Part shown: positions 1 through 8,866 of the stretch, piece after piece
Position numbering within the stretch: the first letter of the stretch is position 1
How the letters are laid out: each line of letters opens with the position of its first letter
Source: an uncultured Actinomycetota bacterium
GTDB lineage: Bacteria; Actinomycetota; Actinomycetes; JAFAQI01
Length of the DNA: 64,000 nucleotides
Assembly: GCA_963770565.1 (NCBI GenBank)
Contig: CAVYQE010000001.1
Coordinates: 576,001 to 640,000 of the forward strand
Reading direction: 5' to 3'
Program-made: the position numbers and the translations under genes
The notes under the pieces: generated by a model
Database searches by the model: none
Told to the model about the DNA's origin: nothing
Seen by the model: only the letters and a program-made list of their open reading frames with translations

Positions 1-118
1 CCTGCGGCCTTGGCAGCGGCACAGCTGCACCGCTGCCGGCGTTCTCGGTCGCTTGCGGGCGTCAGCCCGCGGCGCTCCCTGCGGCCTTGGCAGCGGCACA
101 GCTGCACCGCTGCCGGCG
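1..118. repeat. Two identical 41-bp palindromic direct repeats (1-41, 78-118) separated by 36 bp; possibly truncated by the window edge
   Basis: CCTGCGGCCTTGGCAGCGGCACAGCTGCACCGCTGCCGGCG occurs twice; internal inverted repeat GGCAGCGG...CCGCTGCC. Confidence 0.85.
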
Positions 119-128
119 CCGGAGCGAG

Positions 129-193
129 CTGTTGATCATGGCGAAACGAGCGTTTTTCGTCGCGGAAATGGCGCTTTTCGCCATGATCAACAG
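129..193. repeat. Palindromic REP-like element or terminator downstream of the nuoD paralog
   Basis: Perfect 18-bp arms CTGTTGATCATGGCGAAA (129-146) / TTTCGCCATGATCAACAG (176-193). Confidence 0.8.
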
Positions 194-204
194 GTGGTGG
201 GGGG

Positions 205-1371
205 CTATTTGTCGAGGTCGCCGATCACGAAGAACAGGCTGGTGAGGATCGGCACCAGGTCGCCGACGTGGGCGCCGGCAAGCAGCTCGGGCAGCACCTG
301 GACGTTGTTGAACGATGCGCTGCGCAGCTTCAGTCGCCACGGCGTCCGTTCACCGCGCGAGACCAGGTAGTAGCCGTTGATCCCCAACGGGTTCTCGGTC
401 CAGGCGTAGGTGGCGCCCTCGGGGGCCTTGACGACCTTCGGCAGCCGCAGGTTGATCGGACCGGGCGGCAGTTGCTCGAGGACCGCCGTGCAGTGCTCGG
501 CGATGTCCAGGCTGATCGCGACCTGTTCGAGCAGGCACTCGAGCCGGGCCAGCACGTCCCCCTCCACCCTGACCGGGATCCGGAGCACGCCGGGCGGTAG
601 GTCGGCGTACGCCAGGTAGGGGTCGTCGCGCCGCAGGTCGAGATCGAGCCCGCTGGCTCGCGCGATCGGGCCTGAGACGCCGAATCCCTCCGCGACGGAT
701 CGATCGAGCCGGCCGAGGCCCCGGGCGCGCGCCCGCACCGTCTCATCGCCGCGCACCACGGGCTCGAGGTCGCGCTGAACCCCGGCACGTACCTCGGCGA
801 CCGCCGATCCGACCCGTTCCAGCCAACCCGCAGGCAGATCCTGCTTCAGGCCGCCGACCTGGTTGAACATGTAGTGCATCCGGCCGCCGCAGAACTCCTC
901 CATCACGGTCTGGATCACCTCGCGCCCGGCGAAGGCGCTCGCGATCGGCGAGACCGCGGCTGAGTCGTACGGGTAACACCCGAGGAACATCAGGTGGCTC
1001 AGCACCCGGTTGAGCTCCGCGAGCAGCGTCCTGGTCCAGGTCGCCCGAACCGGGACCTCCATGCCGAGCATCCGCTCGACCGCGAGCACGATGCCCAGTT
1101 CGTTGCTGAACGCCGACAGCCAGTCGTGCCGGTTGGCCAGCACGAGGATCTGGCGGTAGTCGCGGGCTTCGAACAGCTTCTCGGCGCCGCGATGCATGTA
1201 GCCGACGATCGGGGTGGCCCGCGCGATGGTCTCGCCGTCGAGGACGAGGGCGAGCCGGAGGATTCCGTGCGCGGCCGGATGTTGCGGCGCGATGTTGAGT
1301 ACGACGTCGGACTCGGCGAACTCACCGGTCGAGACGGTGACCTCTCGGCTGCCGGCCCGCGCGCTGCTCAC
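205..1371 (-). CDS. nuoD: Stand-alone NADH-quinone oxidoreductase subunit D paralog (NuoD2-like)
   Basis: [39 protein letters not shown]-terminal GDLDK; no NiFe-binding CxxC motifs. Confidence 0.9.
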   Translation of the reverse strand: MSSARAGSREVTVSTGEFAESDVVLNIAPQHPAAHGILRLALVLDGETIARATPIVGYMHRGAEKLFEARDYRQILVLANRHDWLSAFSNELGIVLAVERMLGMEVPVRATWTRTLLAELNRVLSHLMFLGCYPYDSAAVSPIASAFAGREVIQTVMEEFCGGRMHYMFNQVGGLKQDLPAGWLERVGSAVAEVRAGVQRDLEPVVRGDETVRARARGLGRLDRSVAEGFGVSGPIARASGLDLDLRRDDPYLAYADLPPGVLRIPVRVEGDVLARLECLLEQVAISLDIAEHCTAVLEQLPPGPINLRLPKVVKAPEGATYAWTENPLGINGYYLVSRGERTPWRLKLRSASFNNVQVLPELLAGAHVGDLVPILTSLFFVIGDLDK

Positions 1372-1398
1372 GCGGGCGATCCTTGCAAACCCGCGCGA

Positions 1399-2169
1399 TC
1401 AGTCGCGCCGCGGTGTCCATCGGAAGTGCCGGACCGCGAACACCGTGCCCACCACTCCCCAGATCAGCAGCGATCCCAGCTGGTGCGGCGACCACGCGCT
1501 GCCGGTCGTTCGCGGGTCGAAGGCCTTGAACATCGCGACGATGAACGGCCGCAGCGGAAGCCAAGCGGCGACCTTGGCCAAGCCGCCGTTGATCGGGAAG
1601 TACGTACCCGAGATGAAGACCAGCACGAAGTAGGGCAGGTTCACGATCGCCGGACCGGCGTCCATGTTCGGGATGAGCGACGACGCGGCAATGCCCAACG
1701 CGCAGAACACGAGAGCCGCGAGCGCGATGGTGACGATCAGCGGCAGGATGTGCGACGCCGGCAGCGACACGCCGTACACGAGGATCGCGAACACGATGCA
1801 CGCCAACGAAAGCAGCGTCGCGACGACAACCGCGTTGCCGATGATGCCCCCGATGAACGCCCACGATGGCAGCGGGGTGCCGCGCATCCGCTTGAGAATG
1901 CCGAACTCGCGCTGGCGCACCAAGGTCAGCGAGATGCTCAGGAAGCACGCACTCATCACACCGTAGGCAAGGACGCTCGGCGTGTAGTACTGCGCGAGCT
2001 TGACGCCCGGAAGAACGCTTTGGTCGTGCCCACCGCCGGCCAACCCGACCAGGATGAAGAAGAACACCAGCGGGAAGGCGAAGGTGAAGAACGCCGCACC
2101 CGGGTTACGCCAGTAGCTCTTCTGCTCGTACCGGATCTGCGTTGCCACGAGGGCGATGTCGCTGCTCAT
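1399..2169 (-). CDS. ABC-2 type exporter permease
   Basis: About six hydrophobic segments, REFGILKRMRGTPL motif; start overlaps the ATPase stop. Confidence 0.9.
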   Translation of the reverse strand: MSSDIALVATQIRYEQKSYWRNPGAAFFTFAFPLVFFFILVGLAGGGHDQSVLPGVKLAQYYTPSVLAYGVMSACFLSISLTLVRQREFGILKRMRGTPLPSWAFIGGIIGNAVVVATLLSLACIVFAILVYGVSLPASHILPLIVTIALAALVFCALGIAASSLIPNMDAGPAIVNLPYFVLVFISGTYFPINGGLAKVAAWLPLRPFIVAMFKAFDPRTTGSAWSPHQLGSLLIWGVVGTVFAVRHFRWTPRRD

Positions 2170-3104
2170 CGATGTGCTCCAGTGGTCTGCGGGTCGCTCG
2201 GCTCGGTCAGCAGTTCGTGACCGACGAGCGAGAGGTAGATGTCCTCGAGGCTCGGGCGGGTCGACACCAGGCCCTCGAGCGGTACGCCGTTGTCGATGGA
2301 CCATCCGGTCAGCTCGTGGAGGACCCGGATGTCGTCGTCGCTGGTCAGCGTGCAGAAGCCGTGCACGTCGAGGGTGGTGGCGACCGGCAGCAGGGCCGGG
2401 TCGACTCCGTCGGGAAGGCGGAACCTGATGTGCGCGGCGGCGGTGTCGCGGCCACCGAGTGCGTCGGGCGTGCCCTCGGCGACGACCTGGCCGCTACCGA
2501 TCACCACGATGTTGTCGGCGAGCTCTTGCGCTTCGTCCATGTAGTGCGTGGTCAGCATGATCGTCGTACCGAGGGTGCGCAGATCCCTGACCATGTCCCA
2601 CGCACCGCGGCGGGCGGAGGGATCGAAGCCGGTGGTGGGCTCATCGAGGAAGAGCAGCCGCGGGTTGCCGATGATCCCGTACGCCACGTCGAGGCGGCGC
2701 TGCTGTCCGCCGGAGAGCTTGTTGACCCGCGAGTCCGCCTTCTCGCCCAGGCCGACCAACTCGATCACCTCGTCGACCGGGCGGGGTCGCGGGTAGAAGC
2801 CGGCGGTCCGCGAGAGCGTCTCGCGCACGGTGAGATATGGGTCGACGGCGGTGCCTTGCAACACGATGCCGATCCCTTCGCGCCACGACCGATCGCCGTG
2901 CTGCGGGTCGTTGCCGAGCACCTCGACGCGTCCTGAGTCGCGCTTGAGATAGCCCTCGAGCACCTCGAGCGTGGTGGTCTTACCGGCACCGTTCGGGCCG
3001 AGCAGGGCGACACATGCGCCTTCGTCGACTGCGAAGCTCACTCCGCGTACGGCGAGGGTTGTGCCGTAGCTCTTGTGCAAATCGTCGACGACGATTGCAG
3101 TCAT
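2166..3104 (-). CDS. ABC exporter ATP-binding protein
   Basis: Walker A GPNGAGKT, LSGGQ signature, LFLDEPT, TTH. Confidence 0.95.
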   Translation of the reverse strand: MTAIVVDDLHKSYGTTLAVRGVSFAVDEGACVALLGPNGAGKTTTLEVLEGYLKRDSGRVEVLGNDPQHGDRSWREGIGIVLQGTAVDPYLTVRETLSRTAGFYPRPRPVDEVIELVGLGEKADSRVNKLSGGQQRRLDVAYGIIGNPRLLFLDEPTTGFDPSARRGAWDMVRDLRTLGTTIMLTTHYMDEAQELADNIVVIGSGQVVAEGTPDALGGRDTAAAHIRFRLPDGVDPALLPVATTLDVHGFCTLTSDDDIRVLHELTGWSIDNGVPLEGLVSTRPSLEDIYLSLVGHELLTEPSDPQTTGAHR

Positions 3105-3179
3105 CTCATCGGCCTTTCGTCGACTTCGGGTCCGGTTGCGTTCCCGACGTTACGTGCCCACGGAGAGCCCGGTCGTCAC

Positions 3180-3219
3180 ATCACGGGTGGATCACGGGTG
3201 GAGAGTGGTCTCAACCCGT
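3180..3219. promoter_or_regulatory. Candidate response-regulator operator between the divergent ABC exporter and two-component genes
   Basis: Tandem ATCACGGGTGG x2 (3180-3201) overlapping the inverted repeat ACGGGTGGAGA-N4-TCTCAACCCGT (3194-3219). Confidence 0.55.
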
Positions 3220-3302
3220 AGACCGATTCGCTGGCGCCGTCCGGCGTCTACCTTCGTGGTGTGACCGACCAGTGTCGAAGCGCCGCCCCCACCGTGCGTG
3301 GG

Positions 3303-4466
3303 ATGGGCGACTTCCTCCCGCCGTGGATGCGGGTCGGTTTACGGCAGGCCGTCACGCTGATCACCTTGGCGCAGACCCTGGCTGCCTTCGGCCGGCTCTC
3401 GACCCAGCAGCGGGTGCTCGCGATCGGGCTGGAAGTGGTGCTCGCCGCGTGCTGGGGAATGATCGCGCACCGGCGCCGCGGCGACTGGCTGAACATCCTC
3501 GCGCTGATCGCTCTGGTCGGGCTCGGCGGTTGGTTGCATGTCATCACCGGCAACGGACAGGTCTTCGTCGTCAGCTACGCCGTGCTGTTCGTTGCGCCGG
3601 TCTGGTATCCGATGCCGCGCGCGTTGCTGCCGGCCGGCTGCGGTGTGGTGGCGGTGACGCTGTCCACGATGTTCGTCGGCACTCGCGACATCGCTGGAGG
3701 GATCGGCAACGGCGTGGGTGCGGCGTTCTTTGGCCTGGCCGCATTGTTCTTCGGGCAGGTGCGCGACTCGGCCGAGCGCAATGCGCAGCTCGTCGACGAG
3801 CTCAGGCAGAGCCGTGACGCACAGGAGCGCAGCGCGGTGGTGGCGGAGCGCGCGCGCCTGGCGCGCGAACTGCACGATGTGCTCGCGCACACGTTGTCGA
3901 GCCTCTCGTTGCATCTCGAATCGACCCGCGCGCTTGCTGCATCGCGCGACGTGGATCCGGAGGTGCGCAGCCGGATCGAGCGCGCGGTCGCACTTGCGCG
4001 GAGCGGTCTCGAGGAGGCCCGCGATGCGGTGGGCACGTTGCGCGATGACGCGCTTCCCGGGCCGGAACGGATCCCGCTGCTGGTCGGCGAATTCGAGCGG
4101 GCCACATCGGTCGCTTCCAGCTTCGAACAGGTCGGAGAGCCGGCCGCGCTTGCCCCGGACGCGAGCGTTGCGTTGTTCCGCGGCGCGCAGGAGGCGCTGA
4201 CGAACGTCGGCAAGCATGCAGCGGCAACCCGGGTCGACGTCCGGCTCGAGTGGGGTGAGTCGCTGGTCACCCTGCGGGTGATCGACGAAGGCGGCAGCGA
4301 TGCCGGGGTGGCGCTGCCCGGCGGCGGCAACGGGCTACGCGGCATGCGGGAGCGGGCGGAGCTCGCCGGCGGGCAGATGGATGCCGGCCCGACCTCCCGC
4401 GGCTTCGCGGTCGAGCTCCGGCTGCCGGTCGTGCGAGCCGCCTCGGTGCACGAGGTGCCGGCGTGA
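3303..4466 (+). CDS. Membrane sensor histidine kinase (HisKA_3 / DesK-like)
   Basis: TM helices, ERARLARELHDVLAH H-box, QEALTNVGKHA N-box, GNGLRGMRER; start could be 3261. Confidence 0.93.
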   Translation: MGDFLPPWMRVGLRQAVTLITLAQTLAAFGRLSTQQRVLAIGLEVVLAACWGMIAHRRRGDWLNILALIALVGLGGWLHVITGNGQVFVVSYAVLFVAPVWYPMPRALLPAGCGVVAVTLSTMFVGTRDIAGGIGNGVGAAFFGLAALFFGQVRDSAERNAQLVDELRQSRDAQERSAVVAERARLARELHDVLAHTLSSLSLHLESTRALAASRDVDPEVRSRIERAVALARSGLEEARDAVGTLRDDALPGPERIPLLVGEFERATSVASSFEQVGEPAALAPDASVALFRGAQEALTNVGKHAAATRVDVRLEWGESLVTLRVIDEGGSDAGVALPGGGNGLRGMRERAELAGGQMDAGPTSRGFAVELRLPVVRAASVHEVPA

Positions 4467-5137
4467 GCGAGTACGTCGATGGGGTGATCCGGGTCGTGAT
4501 CGCCGACGACCAGACGCTGGTCCGCGAAGGGCTCGCGCTGATGCTCGGGCTGGTCGACGGCATCGAAGTGGTGGGCATCGGTGTGGACGGCGAGCAGGCG
4601 GTCTCGCTGGTCGCGGCGAGCTCGCCCCACGTCGCGCTGCTCGATCTGCGGATGCCGCGCGTCGACGGCGTGGAGGCCACCCGCCGGATCCGCGCGGACT
4701 GTCCCGGCGTCGAGGTGGTCGTCCTCACGACGTACGCCGACGACGAGTCGGTGATGGCGGCGCTTCGCGCCGGCGCCCGCGGGTACCTCACGAAGGACGC
4801 GAGCTCGGAGGAGATCGAACGCGCCATCCGCGATGCGACGCAGGGCCGCACCCGGCTCGACCACGCGGTCCAGGAGCGCCTGGTCGAGCTGGTGACATCG
4901 GGACCGACCACAGCGCAGGCCGACGCGATTCCACCCGGCGGCTCGCTCACCGAGCGCGAGACCGAGGTGCTGCAGTTGATGGCGGAGGGCCTTAACAACC
5001 GCCAGATCGCGGCTCGGTTGTTCGTGACCGAGGCGACCGTGAAGACCCACGTGAACAACGTGTTCGGCAAGCTCGACGTGAACGACCGAGCCGCCGCCGT
5101 TGCCTGGGCCTTTCGCGCCGGCGTGGCCTCGCTGTAG
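4463..5137 (+). CDS. NarL/LuxR-family response regulator
   Basis: ADDQ, LLDLRMP receiver, LTERETEVL...ATVKTHV HTH. Confidence 0.95.
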   Translation: MSEYVDGVIRVVIADDQTLVREGLALMLGLVDGIEVVGIGVDGEQAVSLVAASSPHVALLDLRMPRVDGVEATRRIRADCPGVEVVVLTTYADDESVMAALRAGARGYLTKDASSEEIERAIRDATQGRTRLDHAVQERLVELVTSGPTTAQADAIPPGGSLTERETEVLQLMAEGLNNRQIAARLFVTEATVKTHVNNVFGKLDVNDRAAAVAWAFRAGVASL

Positions 5138-5207
5138 CCAGCGCGGGCGTGGCGGCCGATTCGCTGTCGAAGAGCGCAGCGAGGTGGCCATGATCTTGCT
5201 CGCGACC

Positions 5208-6152
5208 TCACAGCGGCGGCTCGATGCCGACGCAGTGGACGAGCCAGGTGAAGTCGCCCAGGCCGCTCGGGTCGAGCAGCTCAGCGGCTTGGCCGGCGGC
5301 CGCCAGCCCGTCCAGGTAGCCGGCCGGGTCGCCGTCGTACCTCGGCTGCCGGCCGAGGACTCCGAGCGACTGCAGGGCGGCTCGCTGGCTCAGCACGACG
5401 TCACCGTCCGCGCGCAGCGACTCGAACAGCACGTGGGCGGTGAGGTCGCGCCGGCCGTCGGGGATCGCCGCCACCTGGCGGCCGTCGCGGTAGCCGGCCA
5501 GCGTGCCGCCGGTGTCCCGCGACGGGTTGGCCGCGTAGTCGATGCCGACCGCCGCGCCACGGGTCAGCCTGGACGTCAGCGCGTGCCACAGGTCGTCCCG
5601 CGGCCAGCCGATCTCGGCGCGATCGCCGAGCTCGGGGGTCGGCCACCACGCCCCCAGCCATTGTGCGTCCCGCCCGGCCACCAGCTCACCGGCCTGCTCC
5701 TGCCCCGCCGGTGAGACCGTCACCAAACGGACGCCATCCGGGTCGCGGACCGCGACATCGACCGGTACGACGTCGAGGAGCTCGACGGCAACGATCAACC
5801 CGACGACTGCGTCGGGCGGTTCGGGCTGCCACTCGACGCGTTCGGACAGGTCAGGCGGTCGCGGGGCGGGATCGACGCCGACCAGCGACCAGCTCGGCGG
5901 GGCCAGCTCGGCGAGTCCGGTCAGCAACTCGCCGCCACCCGCGCCGACGTCAACCACGCTGAACGCCGCGGTGGAGCCGAGCGCGTCCGCCACCCGGACG
6001 GCGAGCCGGTGGATGGCGGCGGCCCACGGCGCAGCCTGGCCGGCGGTCCGGAAGTGCCGGCCCGGCGCGCCGGCGGTCAGGTAGAAGCCGCCCTCGCCGT
6101 AGAGGGCCTCCGACATCGCAGTGCGCCAGGTCCGCGGGCGGGGGTCGGCCAC
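5208..6152 (-). CDS. SAM-dependent methyltransferase, MidA/NDUFAF7-like
   Basis: MSEALYGEGGFY...HFRT, VVDVGAGGGEL SAM motif, ELLDVVP, IDY, DLTAHV, GLGDF; start chosen at the GTG preceded by a TACCGT -10 box (ORF is open to 6203). Confidence 0.82.
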   Translation of the reverse strand: MADPRPRTWRTAMSEALYGEGGFYLTAGAPGRHFRTAGQAAPWAAAIHRLAVRVADALGSTAAFSVVDVGAGGGELLTGLAELAPPSWSLVGVDPAPRPPDLSERVEWQPEPPDAVVGLIVAVELLDVVPVDVAVRDPDGVRLVTVSPAGQEQAGELVAGRDAQWLGAWWPTPELGDRAEIGWPRDDLWHALTSRLTRGAAVGIDYAANPSRDTGGTLAGYRDGRQVAAIPDGRRDLTAHVLFESLRADGDVVLSQRAALQSLGVLGRQPRYDGDPAGYLDGLAAAGQAAELLDPSGLGDFTWLVHCVGIEPPL

Positions 6153-6220
6153 GATCGAGACGGTACGACGTACCCTCGTGCCGTCCGGTACCCCGCCTGT
6201 CACGAGGACTGGAACGACGA

Positions 6221-7123
6221 ATGAGCGTGCTACCTCCGGCCGAGCGGCCGGCCCGGCTTGCGGTCGGCGTGATCGGTGCCGGCCGGGTTGGCGCCGTGCT
6301 CGGGGCCGCGCTGGTCAGGGCCGGCCACCGGGTGGCCGCGGTTGCGGCCGTCTCCGAGCCGAGTCGGGCCCGCGCGGCGCTGCTGTTGCCAGGCGCGCCG
6401 ATCAAGCCGGTCGACGAGGTGGCGGCAGCGGCCGAGCTACTGGTGCTGGCCGTGCCCGACGATGCCCTCGCCGGTCTGGTCACCGGGCTGGCGAACGCGG
6501 CCGCGGTCGGCGCCGGGACGCTCGTCGCCCACACCAGCGGCGCGCACGGGATCGAGGTGCTCGAGCCGCTGACGGTGCGAGGCGCCTTGCCGCTGGCGCT
6601 GCATCCGGTCATGACCTTCACCGGTACCGAGGTCGACCTCCAGCGCCTCGATGGCGCCTGCTTCGGGGTCACCACGACCGAGCGGCTGCGTCCGGTCGCC
6701 GAGGCGCTTGTGATCGAGATGGGCTCGGAGCCGGTGTGGATCGCCGAGGAGCTGCGGACCACGTATCACGCCGGGCTCGCCTTCGGCGCGAACAACCTCG
6801 TGACCCTGGTCGCCGAAGCGGCGGACGTGTTGTCCCGAGCGGGCGTCGAACACCCCCAACGGATGCTTGGACCGCTGCTCGGGGCGGCGCTCGACAATGC
6901 GCTTCGCCGCGGCGATCGGGCGTTGACCGGACCGGTTGCGCGCGGCGACGCCGGGACGGTTGCGGCCCATCTCGCCGCGATCAGGTCGATGGCGCCCGAG
7001 GCCATCGCGGCGTACGTCGAGATGTCGCGGCTGACCGCGCTACGCGCGCTGGCGGCCGGAACCTTGAGCGCCGAGGACGCGAGCGCGTTGCTGGACGTGC
7101 TCGCCGCGCCGGAGCCGACGTGA
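6221..7123 (+). CDS. Rossmann-like + DUF2520 oxidoreductase (PanG-like ketopantoate reductase)
   Basis: GAGRVG, HTSGAHG, LHPVMTF, YHAGL, LTGPVARGD; directly upstream of panC. Confidence 0.85.
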   Translation: MSVLPPAERPARLAVGVIGAGRVGAVLGAALVRAGHRVAAVAAVSEPSRARAALLLPGAPIKPVDEVAAAAELLVLAVPDDALAGLVTGLANAAAVGAGTLVAHTSGAHGIEVLEPLTVRGALPLALHPVMTFTGTEVDLQRLDGACFGVTTTERLRPVAEALVIEMGSEPVWIAEELRTTYHAGLAFGANNLVTLVAEAADVLSRAGVEHPQRMLGPLLGAALDNALRRGDRALTGPVARGDAGTVAAHLAAIRSMAPEAIAAYVEMSRLTALRALAAGTLSAEDASALLDVLAAPEPT

Positions 7124-7977
7124 GTGCGCTGCTCGTGGTCACGACCCGCGCCGAGCTTGCGGCGGCGCGCGAGGCGATGGCCGGGCGGGTCGCGGTCGTG
7201 ATGACGATGGGCGCGATCCATGCGGGTCATCGCCGTTTGATGCAGGTCGCTCGTGCGCAGGCCGACAGTGTGCTCGTCACGATCTTCGTGAACCCGCTCC
7301 AGTTCGGCGCAGGCGAGGACTTCCAGCGCTATCCCCGCGACCTCGAAGCCGACTTGGCCTCCTGCGCGGAGGAGGGGGTCGACGTCGCCTTCACCCCCGA
7401 CGAGACGGTGATGTATCCGCCCGGCGCGGGGCTGGTCCATCGTGAGGCGGGTCCGCTCGGCGCACAGTTCGAAGGGACGATCCGGCCGGGGCACTTCGAC
7501 GGTGTCCTTACCGCCGTGGCGGAGTTGCTGACGCTGACGAAACCGGACCTTGCCGTCTTCGGCGAGAAGGACGCACAACAGCTCGAGCTGATCAGGCGGC
7601 TCGTCGCCGAGCTCGACGAGCCGGTCGAGATCCAGTCGGTCGAGACGGTTCGTGAGCCCGACGGCCTGGCCTTGTCGAGCCGCAACCAATACCTCAACGG
7701 CGACGAACGTGAGGCCGCCCGGTCCCTGTCGCAGGCGCTTCGTGCCGGCGCCGCCAATGCCGGTGGCGGAGTGGCGGCTGCGCTTTCCGCGGCGCGGGCC
7801 GTGCTCGACGCGCAGCCGTTGATCGATGTCGACTACCTCGCGGCGGTCGACGACCGGACCTGGCACGAACCCGATGCCACCACCGAACGGCTGCGACTTC
7901 TCGTGGCGGGCCGGATCGGGAGCACCCGCTTGATCGACAATGTGGTGGTCGACCGATCCGCCGCCGGAGGAGCCTGA
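7120..7977 (+). CDS. panC: Pantoate--beta-alanine ligase
   Basis: TMGAIHAGH, FVNPLQF, RPGHFDGV, FGEKDAQQ, GLALSSRN, TRLIDN. Confidence 0.96.
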   Translation: MSALLVVTTRAELAAAREAMAGRVAVVMTMGAIHAGHRRLMQVARAQADSVLVTIFVNPLQFGAGEDFQRYPRDLEADLASCAEEGVDVAFTPDETVMYPPGAGLVHREAGPLGAQFEGTIRPGHFDGVLTAVAELLTLTKPDLAVFGEKDAQQLELIRRLVAELDEPVEIQSVETVREPDGLALSSRNQYLNGDEREAARSLSQALRAGAANAGGGVAAALSAARAVLDAQPLIDVDYLAAVDDRTWHEPDATTERLRLLVAGRIGSTRLIDNVVVDRSAAGGA

Positions 7978-7980
7978 GCC

Positions 7981-8739
7981 ATGCTTCTGACCATCGATGT
8001 CGGCAACACCAACACCGTCATCGGGCACTTCGACGGCGATCGCCTCGTCGAGTCGTGGCGGATCAAGACCGACACTCGCGCCACCGCCGACGAGCTGGCC
8101 CTGTTGTTGCGGGGCTTGCTCGTCGACAGCGAGAAGCCCGACGGGATCGCGGCCTGCTCGACCGTGCCGGCCGTGTTGCACGAGCTTCGTGGCGTCTTCT
8201 CGCGTTACTACTCGACGGTGCCGGCGGTGATCGTCGAGCCCGGGGTGAAGACCGGCGTACCGCTGTTGTACGACAACCCGCGCGAGGTCGGCGCCGATCG
8301 GATCGTGAACACCCTGGCTGCCTACCACCTGTTCGGCGGGCCGGCGATCGTCGTGGACTTCGGGACCTCGACCAACTTCGACGTAGTCAGCGACAAGGGC
8401 GAGTTTCTCGGGGGCGCGATTGCTCCCGGGATCGAGCTGTCGATCGACGCCCTCGCGGCCCGCGGCGCCCGGCTCTTCAAGGTCGAGCTGGCCCGGCCGC
8501 GGTCGGTCATCGGCAAGAGCACGGTCGAAGCGCTGCAGTCCGGGCTGATCTACGGTTTCGCCGGTCAGATCGATGGCCTGGTTCGCCGGATCAGCGAGGA
8601 GCTCGCCGCCGACCCGGTCGTGGTGGCGACCGGTGGTCTTGCCGCGCTGGTGATCGACGAGTGCGAGACCGTGACCGAGTACGAGCCCGACCTCACCCTG
8701 ATCGGCCTGCGCCTGGTCTTCGACCGGAACCAGACCTGA
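7981..8739 (+). CDS. coaX: Type III pantothenate kinase
   Basis: IDVGNTN, EVGADR, VDFGTST, GGAIAPG. Confidence 0.96.
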   Translation: MLLTIDVGNTNTVIGHFDGDRLVESWRIKTDTRATADELALLLRGLLVDSEKPDGIAACSTVPAVLHELRGVFSRYYSTVPAVIVEPGVKTGVPLLYDNPREVGADRIVNTLAAYHLFGGPAIVVDFGTSTNFDVVSDKGEFLGGAIAPGIELSIDALAARGARLFKVELARPRSVIGKSTVEALQSGLIYGFAGQIDGLVRRISEELAADPVVVATGGLAALVIDECETVTEYEPDLTLIGLRLVFDRNQT

Positions 8740-8767
8740 CCCCCGCGACGCACCTCCCCGCGTTCCA

Positions 8768-8846
8768 AGCCATGTCGCATTGCCCCGCACTTCGTGGGGG
8801 CAATGCGACAGCACCCCCCGGAAACGCGTTGCAATGTGACATCGCT
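8768..8846. repeat. Three-arm palindromic REP-like element (family copy 1)
   Basis: TGTCGCATTGCCCC (8773-8786) / GGGGCAATGCGACA (8797-8810) plus a third arm GCAATGTGACAT (8831-8842); homologous to 33385-33469. Confidence 0.85.
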
Positions 8847-8866
8847 TAGTCGGTAGCCTGCGGCAC

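Noticed and set aside
205-1371. [NiFe]-hydrogenase large subunit
   Set aside because: It lacks both CxxC metal-binding motifs; the motifs present are NuoD-type
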